Of a stretch of 39,393 bases of DNA, positions 16,515-25,481 are shown piece after piece. A model generated the notes under the pieces. It searched no databases. It was not told where the DNA came from and saw nothing but the letters and a program-made list of their open reading frames with translations. The position numbers were made by a program, and so were the translations under genes. The stretch is taken from the NCBI GenBank assembly GCA_027001995.1, contig JALTLO010000151.1, forward strand, positions 1 to 39,393, written 5' to 3'. Each line of letters opens with the position of its first letter. Within the stretch, counting starts at the first letter, position 1. The DNA comes from Planctomycetota bacterium. GTDB lineage: Bacteria > Planctomycetota > GCA-002687715 > DRQF01.

Positions 16515-17916
16515 AGGAAAGACATCTCAAGGGATTCAGGCGTGCGGCAACAAAAGCTGGAATGGCGCTCACCAAGAGGCACCAAGCGAAGGTAAATAGA
16601 GCATAAGTAGCGATCACATGGGTGTCCAAGTGACTGGGGAGGCTGCCAAACTCATAGATATCGGGGGGAAACAAAGTGCGGTCCAACACCCCTTCCAACC
16701 AATGGATGATACCATTGAGATTCTGAACGACTACAATGCCAAGCCAAACTCCCAGAGATGTTCCCAAGATCCCAAGAAGACCACCGTAGAGAAGAAAAGT
16801 TGTCACGATACCGCCAGCCGTAGCCCCCATGGATTGAAGAATGCCGATGTCCCGGGTTTTCTCCAAGACCACCATATACAACAAGCCACCGATAGAAACA
16901 CCAGCCACGAGGACGACAAAAGCAGTCACTAACCACATGGCTAATTTCTCGAACTCAAGGGCTTGAGCCAAAGTTCGCATTTGATCTTCCCAAGTGAAGA
17001 CCCGTACGTCGTCCCAAGAGCCATCGTTGGACGCTAAGATCTTTTCCTTCAGGATAGATGCATCATTGGGATTCGCTATCTTCAGGCGCACTTCGCTGCA
17101 GTCGCCTGCCCAGTGCAAGAGCTCGTCCTTTAAGTAACGCACGTCACAAAAAGCGATTCCACGATCGTATTCATAGCGCCCGGATTCGAAACAGCCTGTT
17201 ACCCGAAATCGTTTACTAATGGTCTCAATGCTACCACTATCGAAACTCCCCTCGGGGACTTTAGCCGTCAAGACGTGAACGGTGCTCCCGATCTCGACTC
17301 CCATCCACTTGGCCAACTTTGACCCCAGAATAATCCCAGGCTGTGAGGAGACCATACCTTCTGGGGACACATAGACGAACGGTTCTGCCCGGGTTTCCGG
17401 GTCCGATGGCAGCCGCAGATTCCAACGAAAATGGTCATCCGGATCAATGATTGAAACACCGGGAGGACGTGAGTCTTGAACCGCATCTAGAAGCTCATCG
17501 AAACGAAGCACTTGGCGCTCCATCACTGGATCGATGCCAATCAAGGAGATGTATAAATTGGTTTGCTCCGCGCCGGGAGAAGTTGGCCATGGATGATCCG
17601 TGGCGATGAGCATAGCTGGCTGAACTATGCGCTTGGACATCCCCTGGATCTCACCCGAGCCTGCGGGGCCAAAAGGCTCCAGTTTCTTGGCAATCGTGTC
17701 AAAATACCCTTTGGTATTCGCAGGCTTACCCCGTTTGAGCTCGACTTTCAGTGAGCCATCGACCTTGAAAATGCTGTCCTTGATGCGACGCTGGAACCCG
17801 TCCATGACACTGTTGACCACGATCATCGCCATAACACCCACGGCAATGGCTAAGACTGATATGTAGGCAACCTTGCGACGGCGCAAGTAGCGGAGAGCTA
17901 AGCTAAATCGATACAT
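16507..17916 (-). CDS. Lipoprotein-releasing ABC transporter permease (LolC/E family)
   Basis: 'LALRYLR', 'IVVNSVMDGF', 'V.EKTRDIGIL.SMGA', 'Y....LP' and 'IPA..AARLNP...L.YE'. Confidence 0.9.
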   Translation of the reverse strand: MYRFSLALRYLRRRKVAYISVLAIAVGVMAMIVVNSVMDGFQRRIKDSIFKVDGSLKVELKRGKPANTKGYFDTIAKKLEPFGPAGSGEIQGMSKRIVQPAMLIATDHPWPTSPGAEQTNLYISLIGIDPVMERQVLRFDELLDAVQDSRPPGVSIIDPDDHFRWNLRLPSDPETRAEPFVYVSPEGMVSSQPGIILGSKLAKWMGVEIGSTVHVLTAKVPEGSFDSGSIETISKRFRVTGCFESGRYEYDRGIAFCDVRYLKDELLHWAGDCSEVRLKIANPNDASILKEKILASNDGSWDDVRVFTWEDQMRTLAQALEFEKLAMWLVTAFVVLVAGVSIGGLLYMVVLEKTRDIGILQSMGATAGGIVTTFLLYGGLLGILGTSLGVWLGIVVVQNLNGIIHWLEGVLDRTLFPPDIYEFGSLPSHLDTHVIATYALFTFAWCLLVSAIPAFVAARLNPLRCLSYE

Positions 17917-17990
17917 GTTTTCTCTTCGATGCTGGTCCGGGAGCCTTCTATGCTACCGAGGACTGCTTGGGGCCACCAACTTTTGCGGAT

Positions 17991-19592
17991 CTATGGTCTT
18001 ACGTCTAAATTTCGCCTTCGATCGTAATAGGGGAATTGATCGAACCACATGCGGAGGTCTTCGTCTTCGTTCGTCCATGGATCCAATCGCCGCGACGGAG
18101 GTCCACCGGGCTGAGCCCCCCCACCGGATGCACCGAAAGATCGAGATATGTTTTCTAAGTCCAAGAACTCATTGTGGATGGCTGCCAGCAAGTTCCATTC
18201 AGGCGAGCCCATAAGATCATCAATTTCCACTTGAATTCGGGGTCCCAGACGTATTCGGTGAGATTCCGGGTTCCGTTGCAAAATTTCCAACAATTCGGCG
18301 CTGCGAGCCAAGACCTTCTTCTTGAAGCGCCGCTCATCCTTGATCCTCTGAAAAACCAGCTCGGCTCTCTCGCCGTCGTGATAAGCCAGGAGCTCTAATA
18401 ATGTCAGGCGCACCCGGTCATGAGTCCCTTTCAGAAAGATTAACTTCTCCAGAACTAACCCGGGAGCTCCTTGGTCCTTCACAGCGGTTGCGCACCAGTA
18501 GGAGCGGGCCACATCGGGGTCCCGGTCAGCGTTTAATTTTCTCTGGGCTTCTGCCGTCATGGATTCCGGCCTGCGCACAAGAGCGAAGGCCAAAGCACGC
18601 CGCACGGCCAAATGGCGTTCAAGTTTCGCCCGCCCTCTTTGGGCCAGTAGTTTGGCCGAAAGAGCATCCTTTTGCATGCCCAAGGCCGTGATCGCCAGGG
18701 CCCTTCGCCCTCCATTTCCCGACCGCGCCACGCCGGTTTTCTTGATCGCTTGCCCAACACCTGGATCGCTCAACACACCGAGGCCAATGAGAGCATAACG
18801 TGCCACCAGATCGTCGCTGTCCTTGAGGAGTTTCTTAAAATCTGGAATGAGACTTTTTTCATGGAGCGCCGCCCCAGCGATCGTTGCGGAACGACGAATT
18901 GACTCCTTGTTTGAACGCAAAGCCTTTCGGATCAGGGCGATTGCATTTTCCCCGCCAATTTGTCCGCAAGCCAAAAGAACTGCGCGACGAAACGCTTGCG
19001 ACTTATCTTTGGCGTATTGGGCAGACAAAGGGCCGATGGCAGCTTCCGATCGTAGTTGCCCCAAACTGTGAACCAAAGATCTGCGAAAGTCATTACGCCG
19101 ATTCGATTTGAGGAGGTCGATCAGGGGTTCCACATCACCCCGATTGCCCAGCAGACCCAAGGCCAATGCTAAATGCCGTCGGGCGACCCCAGTTTTTTCT
19201 GTATCGAAAAGAGCGGCCCGGATCTTCCTGGCAACCTCCAGGTCCCCGCTCCTCCCCAGAACCAAGGCGCTTTTTCGGACATCAGCCGCACTTCCAGACG
19301 ACAGGTTTCCTTCGAGAAATCCCAATGCCAAACTACCGAATTCAACCAAACTGGTGGCGGCGGTTAGGCGATCTGCGCGAGCGCCGATCTGAGCCTTCCG
19401 CCAGAGAGTCTCGATTCTCTGAGTTTGTTCAGCCGACGGCTTCGGGCGAGCTTTGCCAAAAAACTCTTGAACTTCATCTGGCCGAAAATCCTGAGACGAC
19501 AGATGCGGCATGGTAGCGATGGCTACCACAATCACGCCGACGATCACCTTGGTCTTAGGCCCCATGAGGTTGGAAAGCCGAAATCGCATCAT
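17991..19592 (-). CDS. HEAT-repeat protein with N-terminal signal/TM segment
   Basis: Repeated 'VR..A...LG' / 'R...ALALG' PBS-HEAT units and a hydrophobic 'VIVGVIVVAIA' at the N-terminus. Confidence 0.85.
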   Translation of the reverse strand: MMRFRLSNLMGPKTKVIVGVIVVAIATMPHLSSQDFRPDEVQEFFGKARPKPSAEQTQRIETLWRKAQIGARADRLTAATSLVEFGSLALGFLEGNLSSGSAADVRKSALVLGRSGDLEVARKIRAALFDTEKTGVARRHLALALGLLGNRGDVEPLIDLLKSNRRNDFRRSLVHSLGQLRSEAAIGPLSAQYAKDKSQAFRRAVLLACGQIGGENAIALIRKALRSNKESIRRSATIAGAALHEKSLIPDFKKLLKDSDDLVARYALIGLGVLSDPGVGQAIKKTGVARSGNGGRRALAITALGMQKDALSAKLLAQRGRAKLERHLAVRRALAFALVRRPESMTAEAQRKLNADRDPDVARSYWCATAVKDQGAPGLVLEKLIFLKGTHDRVRLTLLELLAYHDGERAELVFQRIKDERRFKKKVLARSAELLEILQRNPESHRIRLGPRIQVEIDDLMGSPEWNLLAAIHNEFLDLENISRSFGASGGGAQPGGPPSRRLDPWTNEDEDLRMWFDQFPYYDRRRNLDVRP

Positions 19593-19782
19593 AGTTTATG
19601 GCACTCCGAAGAAGGCTACCCGCGCCATCTCCCTTCTTCATCTCAAATAGACCAACCAATAAATTCCTTCACCCCCCGCCAGCATAGGGACTTTGACGCG
19701 CAAATAGAAGAACCAAAGTCGCCCCCCCAAGGGCCTATGATGGCCTGACTGTCAAGTTCCGACTCTTCCAGGAAGTATTTAC

Positions 19783-22512
19783 GTGTCCAACGACGACAAA
19801 TCGGTTCTCTATCTGGTGGACGGCTCAGCATTGGCTTACCGCTCGTTCTTTGCTTTCATTCGAGCCAATATGTCCAATGGCCAAGGCCTCAACACCGGAG
19901 CCATTTACGGCTACACCAAGACTTTGCTCAGAATTCTCGCCAAAGAGAATCCTACCCATATGGCCGTGGTTTTTGACACGCCGGAACCCACGTTTCGCCA
20001 CAAGCTTTACGAACCCTACAAAGCCACCCGCGAAAAAATGCCCGATGACATGCGCGACCAACTGCCATGGATGAAGAAGGTCACGGAAGCTCTTGCCATC
20101 CCATTGATTGAAAAGCCCGGCTTTGAAGCCGACGACGTCATGGGGACATTAGCCAAGGAAGCCGAGGAAGCTGGTTTTGAAGTGATGCTTGTCACCGGGG
20201 ACAAGGACTTTATGCAAGTGGTGAGCGACAAGACCAAGCTCTACAATATCATGAAAGCTGGAACCGACCTGATCATTGTTGATCCGGCAGGGGTGAAAGA
20301 GAAGTTTGGAGTGGGTCCCGAACAGGTCATCGACGTTTTGGCCTTGATGGGCGATTCTTCCGACAACGTCCCTGGCGTTGCAGGTGTGGGAGAAAAGACG
20401 GCTATCGCCTTGGTCCAAGAGTTCGGCACCGTAGAAAACATCCTGGCGAACATCGAGTCCTACAAGAAAAAAGGCGTTCGGGAGAAAATGATCAAGGACC
20501 GTGACATGGCTCTACTCAGCAAAGAGTTAGTCACCATTGACACCGCCGTCAAACTTGATTGCAAGATCCAAGATTTGGTGCGAAAAGAAGCTGACCCGGA
20601 AATCATCGGGCCAGTCCTCAAGGATCTTTCGTTTGAGAGTCTCCGGGCCGAGTACATCGAAAAATCCCCAGCTCCCCTAGTCGAAAAAGACTACCAAATC
20701 ATTTCTACCGTTGAAGAGCTGGATCGTCTCATCCGCATGCTTCGACACAACGGAGAGTTCGTTGTCGACTTAGAAACAACGGGGCTCGATTCTCTCATCG
20801 CCCAGATCGTTGGCTTTTCGTTTAGCATCGCTGAAGGGCAAGGTTTCTATGTTCCTCTCAATTTAGAAACCCCCATCCTTGATGAGGAAAACGACGCTCA
20901 GGCAATCATTGAGAAGCTGAGAGGGATTTTAGAAGACCCTTCAATCGGTAAGTGCGGCCAGAATATCAAGTATGATCTTTCCGTCATGCGAACAGCCGGC
21001 ATCGACATGCAAGGCATCAACTTCGACACGATGTTGGCAAGCTATGTCTTGCACCCAGAAAGCCGCGAGCACAACTTAGACAGCCTTTCCCTTCGTTATT
21101 TTGACTACACAAAGATCAAGACAACAGAACTCATCGGCAAAGGGAAAGACCAAATCACCATGGACCTCATCCCACCGGATGTCGTTGGCGAATATGCATG
21201 TGAAGATGCTGATTTCACTTGGCGCTTGCAGCGGGTATTCAGGGAAGAGCTGGCACAAGATCCCAACGACAGACGTAACAATATTCTCGACAACATTGAG
21301 CTGCCGCTTATCCCAATCTTAGAAACGATGGAAAGAAACGGCATCCTCTTGGACATCCCAAGCCTGCGAAGTTTGAGCAATGAAATCGGCAGCAGAATCA
21401 CCTCTCTTACTGATGCCATTCACAAAGCGGCGGGACGCTCATTTTCGATCAACTCCCCGAAACAATTGGGCACTGTGCTTTTTGAAGAGCTCAAGCTCCA
21501 CGAGAAACTGGGCATCAAAGTTAAGAAAACAAAGACCGGAGCCTTCACCACGAAACAAGAAGTTTTAGAGCTTTTTCAAAGTGAAGAACTGCCAGGCATG
21601 GTTTTGGAATTCCGTAGCCTGACAAAACTCCAATCCACTTATGCCCAAGCCCTGCCGAAGATGGTCAATCCAGAGACGGGACGAATCCACTCCCACTTTA
21701 ATCAAGCTGTGGCCGCCACAGGGAGACTCAGCTCCAGCGACCCCAATCTCCAAAACATTCCCATCCGTACTGCCCTGGGCCGACGAGTCCGAGAATCCTT
21801 TGTGGCAAGCAACGATGATTGGTGCTTGATGGCCGCTGACTATTCTCAAGTTGAGCTCCGGATCATGGCCCATGTCGCCCAAGACCAAGGCATGATTGAA
21901 GCATTCTGCACCGGAGCCGACATCCACCGGGATACAGCAGCCCGCATCTTTGGTGTTCCCCTGGAGTCCGTCGATGACGAAATGAGGTCCCGGGCGAAAA
22001 GCATCAACTTCGGAATCATGTATGGCATGGGGGCCCAACGGCTGGCTCGCGAAACCGGTTTGACGCCAAAAGAAGCTGAACAATTCATCGAACGCTATTT
22101 CGATTCTTTCCCTGCGGTGAGGGATTACATCACCAAGAGCCATGAGCAAGCTCGCCGGGATGAATTCGTCACCACACTCTATGGACGGAAACGCCCCATT
22201 CCCGACATCAACAGCAAGAATGGCCGCTTGCGTGCCACCGCCGAAAACATGGCTATCAACACGCCCATTCAAGGCAGTGCCGCCGATATCATCAAAATGG
22301 CCATGATTGCCGTGGACAAGTGGATCAGAGATGAGAATCTAGAGGGGAAAATGGTGCTTCAAGTGCACGATGAATTGGTCTTTGACCTCCCGAAACGTGA
22401 ACTCGCCCTCTTTCAGGAGCAAATCCCTCAACTCATGAGTGGCGTAGCCCAACTTGATGTCCCACTTTCCGTCGATACGGGAGTAGGGCAAAATTGGTCG
22501 GAAGCTCACTAA
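19783..22512 (+). CDS. polA: DNA polymerase I
   Basis: 5'-3' exonuclease (LVDGS, FEADD, GDKD, GDSSDN), 3'-5' exonuclease (DLETTG, GQNIKYD, YACEDA) and polymerase motifs (TGRLSS.DPNLQNIP, ADYSQVELR, K.INFG..YG, QVHDEL). GTG start. Confidence 0.98.
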   Translation: MSNDDKSVLYLVDGSALAYRSFFAFIRANMSNGQGLNTGAIYGYTKTLLRILAKENPTHMAVVFDTPEPTFRHKLYEPYKATREKMPDDMRDQLPWMKKVTEALAIPLIEKPGFEADDVMGTLAKEAEEAGFEVMLVTGDKDFMQVVSDKTKLYNIMKAGTDLIIVDPAGVKEKFGVGPEQVIDVLALMGDSSDNVPGVAGVGEKTAIALVQEFGTVENILANIESYKKKGVREKMIKDRDMALLSKELVTIDTAVKLDCKIQDLVRKEADPEIIGPVLKDLSFESLRAEYIEKSPAPLVEKDYQIISTVEELDRLIRMLRHNGEFVVDLETTGLDSLIAQIVGFSFSIAEGQGFYVPLNLETPILDEENDAQAIIEKLRGILEDPSIGKCGQNIKYDLSVMRTAGIDMQGINFDTMLASYVLHPESREHNLDSLSLRYFDYTKIKTTELIGKGKDQITMDLIPPDVVGEYACEDADFTWRLQRVFREELAQDPNDRRNNILDNIELPLIPILETMERNGILLDIPSLRSLSNEIGSRITSLTDAIHKAAGRSFSINSPKQLGTVLFEELKLHEKLGIKVKKTKTGAFTTKQEVLELFQSEELPGMVLEFRSLTKLQSTYAQALPKMVNPETGRIHSHFNQAVAATGRLSSSDPNLQNIPIRTALGRRVRESFVASNDDWCLMAADYSQVELRIMAHVAQDQGMIEAFCTGADIHRDTAARIFGVPLESVDDEMRSRAKSINFGIMYGMGAQRLARETGLTPKEAEQFIERYFDSFPAVRDYITKSHEQARRDEFVTTLYGRKRPIPDINSKNGRLRATAENMAINTPIQGSAADIIKMAMIAVDKWIRDENLEGKMVLQVHDELVFDLPKRELALFQEQIPQLMSGVAQLDVPLSVDTGVGQNWSEAH

Positions 22513-22674
22513 TCCCACTTTTGGGGAACTTATTCTTGCTGGGATCTCAAGTCTTGTGGCCGTCGGACCCCTGGACTAAGATTCCCATGAAACCACATAA
22601 GCCAGTGGGGTCACACCCCCAATTTCGACAAGCTTTCAAGCATCAGTTCCTCCAATGGAAATCCGCACGCCATC

Positions 22675-23712
22675 ATGAACGAGCGTTATCAAGAACCCAA
22701 CCGTGCCCGAGGCCGTCTCACCCTGATCGCTTGTGAATCAGGCCGCCAATTCGCGGAAGCTATTCGCGACATACTGGTCGAAAGGATTGGCAGCGATACG
22801 GAAAATAGCGTCTTACGTGATAGTAGCGAAATCGAATTCGCGAATTCTGAGATCAAGACTGTCATTCAAGAGAATGTTCGGGGAGATGACGTCTACGTCA
22901 TCCAGTGCATCGACGACCCATTGAGCCACCGGAGTGTCAACGACAACCTCATGGCTTTGGTCACAGCAATCCACGCCGCAAGCCAATCCGACGCAGGGGC
23001 GATCACCGCTGTCATTCCTCAATTCCCCTACTCACGGCAAGAACGGAAGAAAACGCGAGAAGCCATCACAGCCCGGGTTGTCGCCAGACTCTTGGAAGAT
23101 GCCGGCGCTGACCGTGTCATCACTCTTGACATCCATTCTGAAGCGATCATGGGGTTCTTTAATCGCTGTACCTTAGAGGATTTACACGCTTCAGCCATCA
23201 TCATGGACTACGTCCGCGAGAACTTCGACACCAGCAATCTTTGTGTCGTGGCCCCAGATGTGGGGGGAGCTGACATGGCCCGTTACTACGCTAACCGCTT
23301 TGGCTGTTCCTTGGCCATCGTTCACAAGGCCAGGGACTACAGCAAAGCCAGCGTCATCGAAAGTATGCGACTGGTGGGCGAAGTCGAGGGCAAAGATGTC
23401 TTGATGCCAGACGACCTGATAGCCACCGGCGGTACCCTGCTCACGGCGGCCAAACTCCTCAAAGACAACGGCGCCAAACGGGTTCACTTAGCCTGTGCTA
23501 TGCCTTTCTTGAACGGCAATGCCATTGAAAAATTCTCTCATGCCCACAAAGAAGGCATTTTTGACGATCTGATCGGAACTAATGCCGTTCATCGCGGACC
23601 TGAATTCTGCGCAGAATATCGTTGGTACCATGAAGTTTCCGTAGCCCCCCTCTTTGCCAGCGTCATCTACAACATCAACCAAAAACTCTCCGTAAGCCAG
23701 CTTCTCCGGTAA
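22675..23712 (+). CDS. prs: Ribose-phosphate pyrophosphokinase
   Basis: 'F.N.E.K..I.ENVRG.DV', 'PYSRQERK', 'TLDIHS', 'VAPDVGG' and PRPP-binding 'DDLIATGGT'. Confidence 0.95.
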   Translation: MNERYQEPNRARGRLTLIACESGRQFAEAIRDILVERIGSDTENSVLRDSSEIEFANSEIKTVIQENVRGDDVYVIQCIDDPLSHRSVNDNLMALVTAIHAASQSDAGAITAVIPQFPYSRQERKKTREAITARVVARLLEDAGADRVITLDIHSEAIMGFFNRCTLEDLHASAIIMDYVRENFDTSNLCVVAPDVGGADMARYYANRFGCSLAIVHKARDYSKASVIESMRLVGEVEGKDVLMPDDLIATGGTLLTAAKLLKDNGAKRVHLACAMPFLNGNAIEKFSHAHKEGIFDDLIGTNAVHRGPEFCAEYRWYHEVSVAPLFASVIYNINQKLSVSQLLR

Positions 23713-23799
23713 TTCAAAGAACTCGTATCAAACGAGGACAATTTCGGTTGAAGAACTACCCTATCCCCAAGAACCCCACAAGATGTGGGCATTTTGGGT

Positions 23800-23840
23800 G
23801 CCTTCCCCCTCAATTTCCCCCAAGGGGATGGGGCTTTTTT
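23800..23840 (+). terminator. Weak terminator candidate after prs
   Basis: Imperfect GCCTTCCCC...GGGGATGGGGC stem followed by TTTTTT. Confidence 0.35.
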
Positions 23841-24015
23841 GATCCGGCTGAAGGGTGATCTTTGGTAGGGTTAGGGGCGGAGACGATAGTCTTATTGGGA
23901 TTTCTCAGACGAGTTGACGTTTCGTCTCCAACAAACGTATTCGAACATATTCAGATACTTGTGTCCTACCTGCAAAAAAATAGGGGCACAACCGCGATTT
24001 AATCGGGAGCATTTC

Positions 24016-25404
24016 ATGAAAAAGTCATGTCTATTGTTGTCAGTTATGCTGGCAATGTTCTTGAGTTTCCAGCAAACATCGTTTGCCCAAAACCCAGAGG
24101 CAGATCTGGCCCAAAAAGTTGAGGATTGTGATTTCACCGATCCCGAGGCCATTTTTGAATTGGCCACCTGGGCCATTAAGTCCAAGAACAAGAAGGTTCG
24201 ACGGGAAGGTCGCAAATACCTAAAAGAAGTCATCGAGCTCGACGAAGATCATGAGGGTGCCCGGGGCCTCTTGGGATACGTTCTTGTGGGCGACAAGTGG
24301 CTCACCAAGAAAAAAGCCAAAGCCGCCAAAAAAGCCCAGATGAAAATCGTCATGAAAGAACGTGGCTACGTACCCCACAAAGGCGGTTGGATCAAGAAGA
24401 CGCGCAAGCGCGATTGGAACAGAAAATGGGAGAAAGACGAGGACGGCGTTTGGCACTCCTATGAAGATGTCATGCGCGCCAAGGGCCTCGCACTCTACAA
24501 GGGCCAGTGGTTGCGCATCGGCGACGAAGATCGCAAGCGTATGGAATATCACCGCAAGAACACCGGCGAAGATATTCTCATCACTTCAACCCCTCACTTT
24601 GTCATCCACACGTCGATCCCAATCAAGTACGTCAAGAAATACTCGGACCTCAGCGAAGAAGTCTATGACTGGTACATGAAGACATTCAATATTCCAGAAG
24701 CGCGGGCCAAGAATTTCTTTGGCCAGCGAGCTCACATTTGGACATTTGAGACCACTCAGCAATTCCAAGATTGGATTACGGCATATTCCGAGACCTACAA
24801 GTTCACCAAGAAGGACAAAGAGCATTTTCGGGAGCGCCCGGGTGGCCGCTTGGACCCCAACAGACGGCTCATGACAATCGTCCGGGAACAACCAGAAGAA
24901 ATTGACAACGGTCTTCTGCATCAAGTTGGTGTCCTTCTGCAAATTTTCAACACCCGAGGTCGAGAGCCGGAATGGATGTCCGAAGGTTTCGGACACCTCG
25001 TAGAAGAGCTTTTTAGTGATGTTAAATTCGGACGGGTGAACATGTCGACCAATGCCAAGTATGCCAACAGTGGCGGCATCGCTGACAAAGAATACAACAC
25101 CAAGGATGGTCGCCCTCAGACCAAGGGATTGGTCAAAGCAGGCGATGACATCCCTATCGACCAGTTGTCGAAGAAAGATCTCAACACCTTGGACAAAGAC
25201 AACTTGGCTCAAGGTTTCAGTATCACCGAGTGGATGTATCACCACAACCGAGACAAATACATCCGTGTCATTGATGAACTCAAAAAGTCCAAAGCTCAAG
25301 ACCGCCCAGGAGCCGCCCACGATGGGATCACGAAAGGTTTTGGTATGAAGATCGGCGACTTCGAAAAAGCTTGGCGCAAGTACGTCAAAAAGAAATACCG
25401 ATAG
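24016..25404 (+). CDS. Secreted protein with N-terminal 'AR..LGY....G.W' region and degenerate gluzincin (peptidase MA/DUF1570-like) domain
   Basis: GGGAG plus ATG 24016 and a signal peptide. Contains 'HEGARGLLGYVLVGDKW', 'TPHFVIHT', 'LLHQVGVLL...PEWMSEGFGHLVE' and terminal 'FEKAWRKYV'. Confidence 0.75.
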   Translation: MKKSCLLLSVMLAMFLSFQQTSFAQNPEADLAQKVEDCDFTDPEAIFELATWAIKSKNKKVRREGRKYLKEVIELDEDHEGARGLLGYVLVGDKWLTKKKAKAAKKAQMKIVMKERGYVPHKGGWIKKTRKRDWNRKWEKDEDGVWHSYEDVMRAKGLALYKGQWLRIGDEDRKRMEYHRKNTGEDILITSTPHFVIHTSIPIKYVKKYSDLSEEVYDWYMKTFNIPEARAKNFFGQRAHIWTFETTQQFQDWITAYSETYKFTKKDKEHFRERPGGRLDPNRRLMTIVREQPEEIDNGLLHQVGVLLQIFNTRGREPEWMSEGFGHLVEELFSDVKFGRVNMSTNAKYANSGGIADKEYNTKDGRPQTKGLVKAGDDIPIDQLSKKDLNTLDKDNLAQGFSITEWMYHHNRDKYIRVIDELKKSKAQDRPGAAHDGITKGFGMKIGDFEKAWRKYVKKKYR

Positions 25405-25429
25405 CCCGCGATTGAGCTGAACTCTGACC

Positions 25430-25462
25430 AAAAAGAGCCCTCCACCTGGAGGGCTCTTTTTT
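25430..25462. terminator. Bidirectional Rho-independent terminator
   Basis: AAAAAGAGCCCTCCA-CC-TGGAGGGCTCTTTTTT between convergent genes. Confidence 0.9.
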
Positions 25463-25481
25463 CGATTCTTCCTTCACTGCT

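Noticed and set aside
21565..22272. 235-aa minus-strand ORF
   Set aside because: Antisense to polA and explained by codon bias.
19783..22512. Intein or inactive proofreading domain in polA
   Set aside because: The length (909 aa) is typical, there is no insertion, and the exonuclease motifs are present.
23775..23789. Palindrome CCCACA-AGA-TGTGGG resembling an NrdR box
   Set aside because: Single copy (NrdR boxes are usually tandem), located downstream of prs, and not upstream of a ribonucleotide reductase gene.
24586..25431. 281-aa minus-strand ORF
   Set aside because: Antisense mirror of the codon-biased 24016-25404 gene; hydrophobic shadow composition with no motifs.
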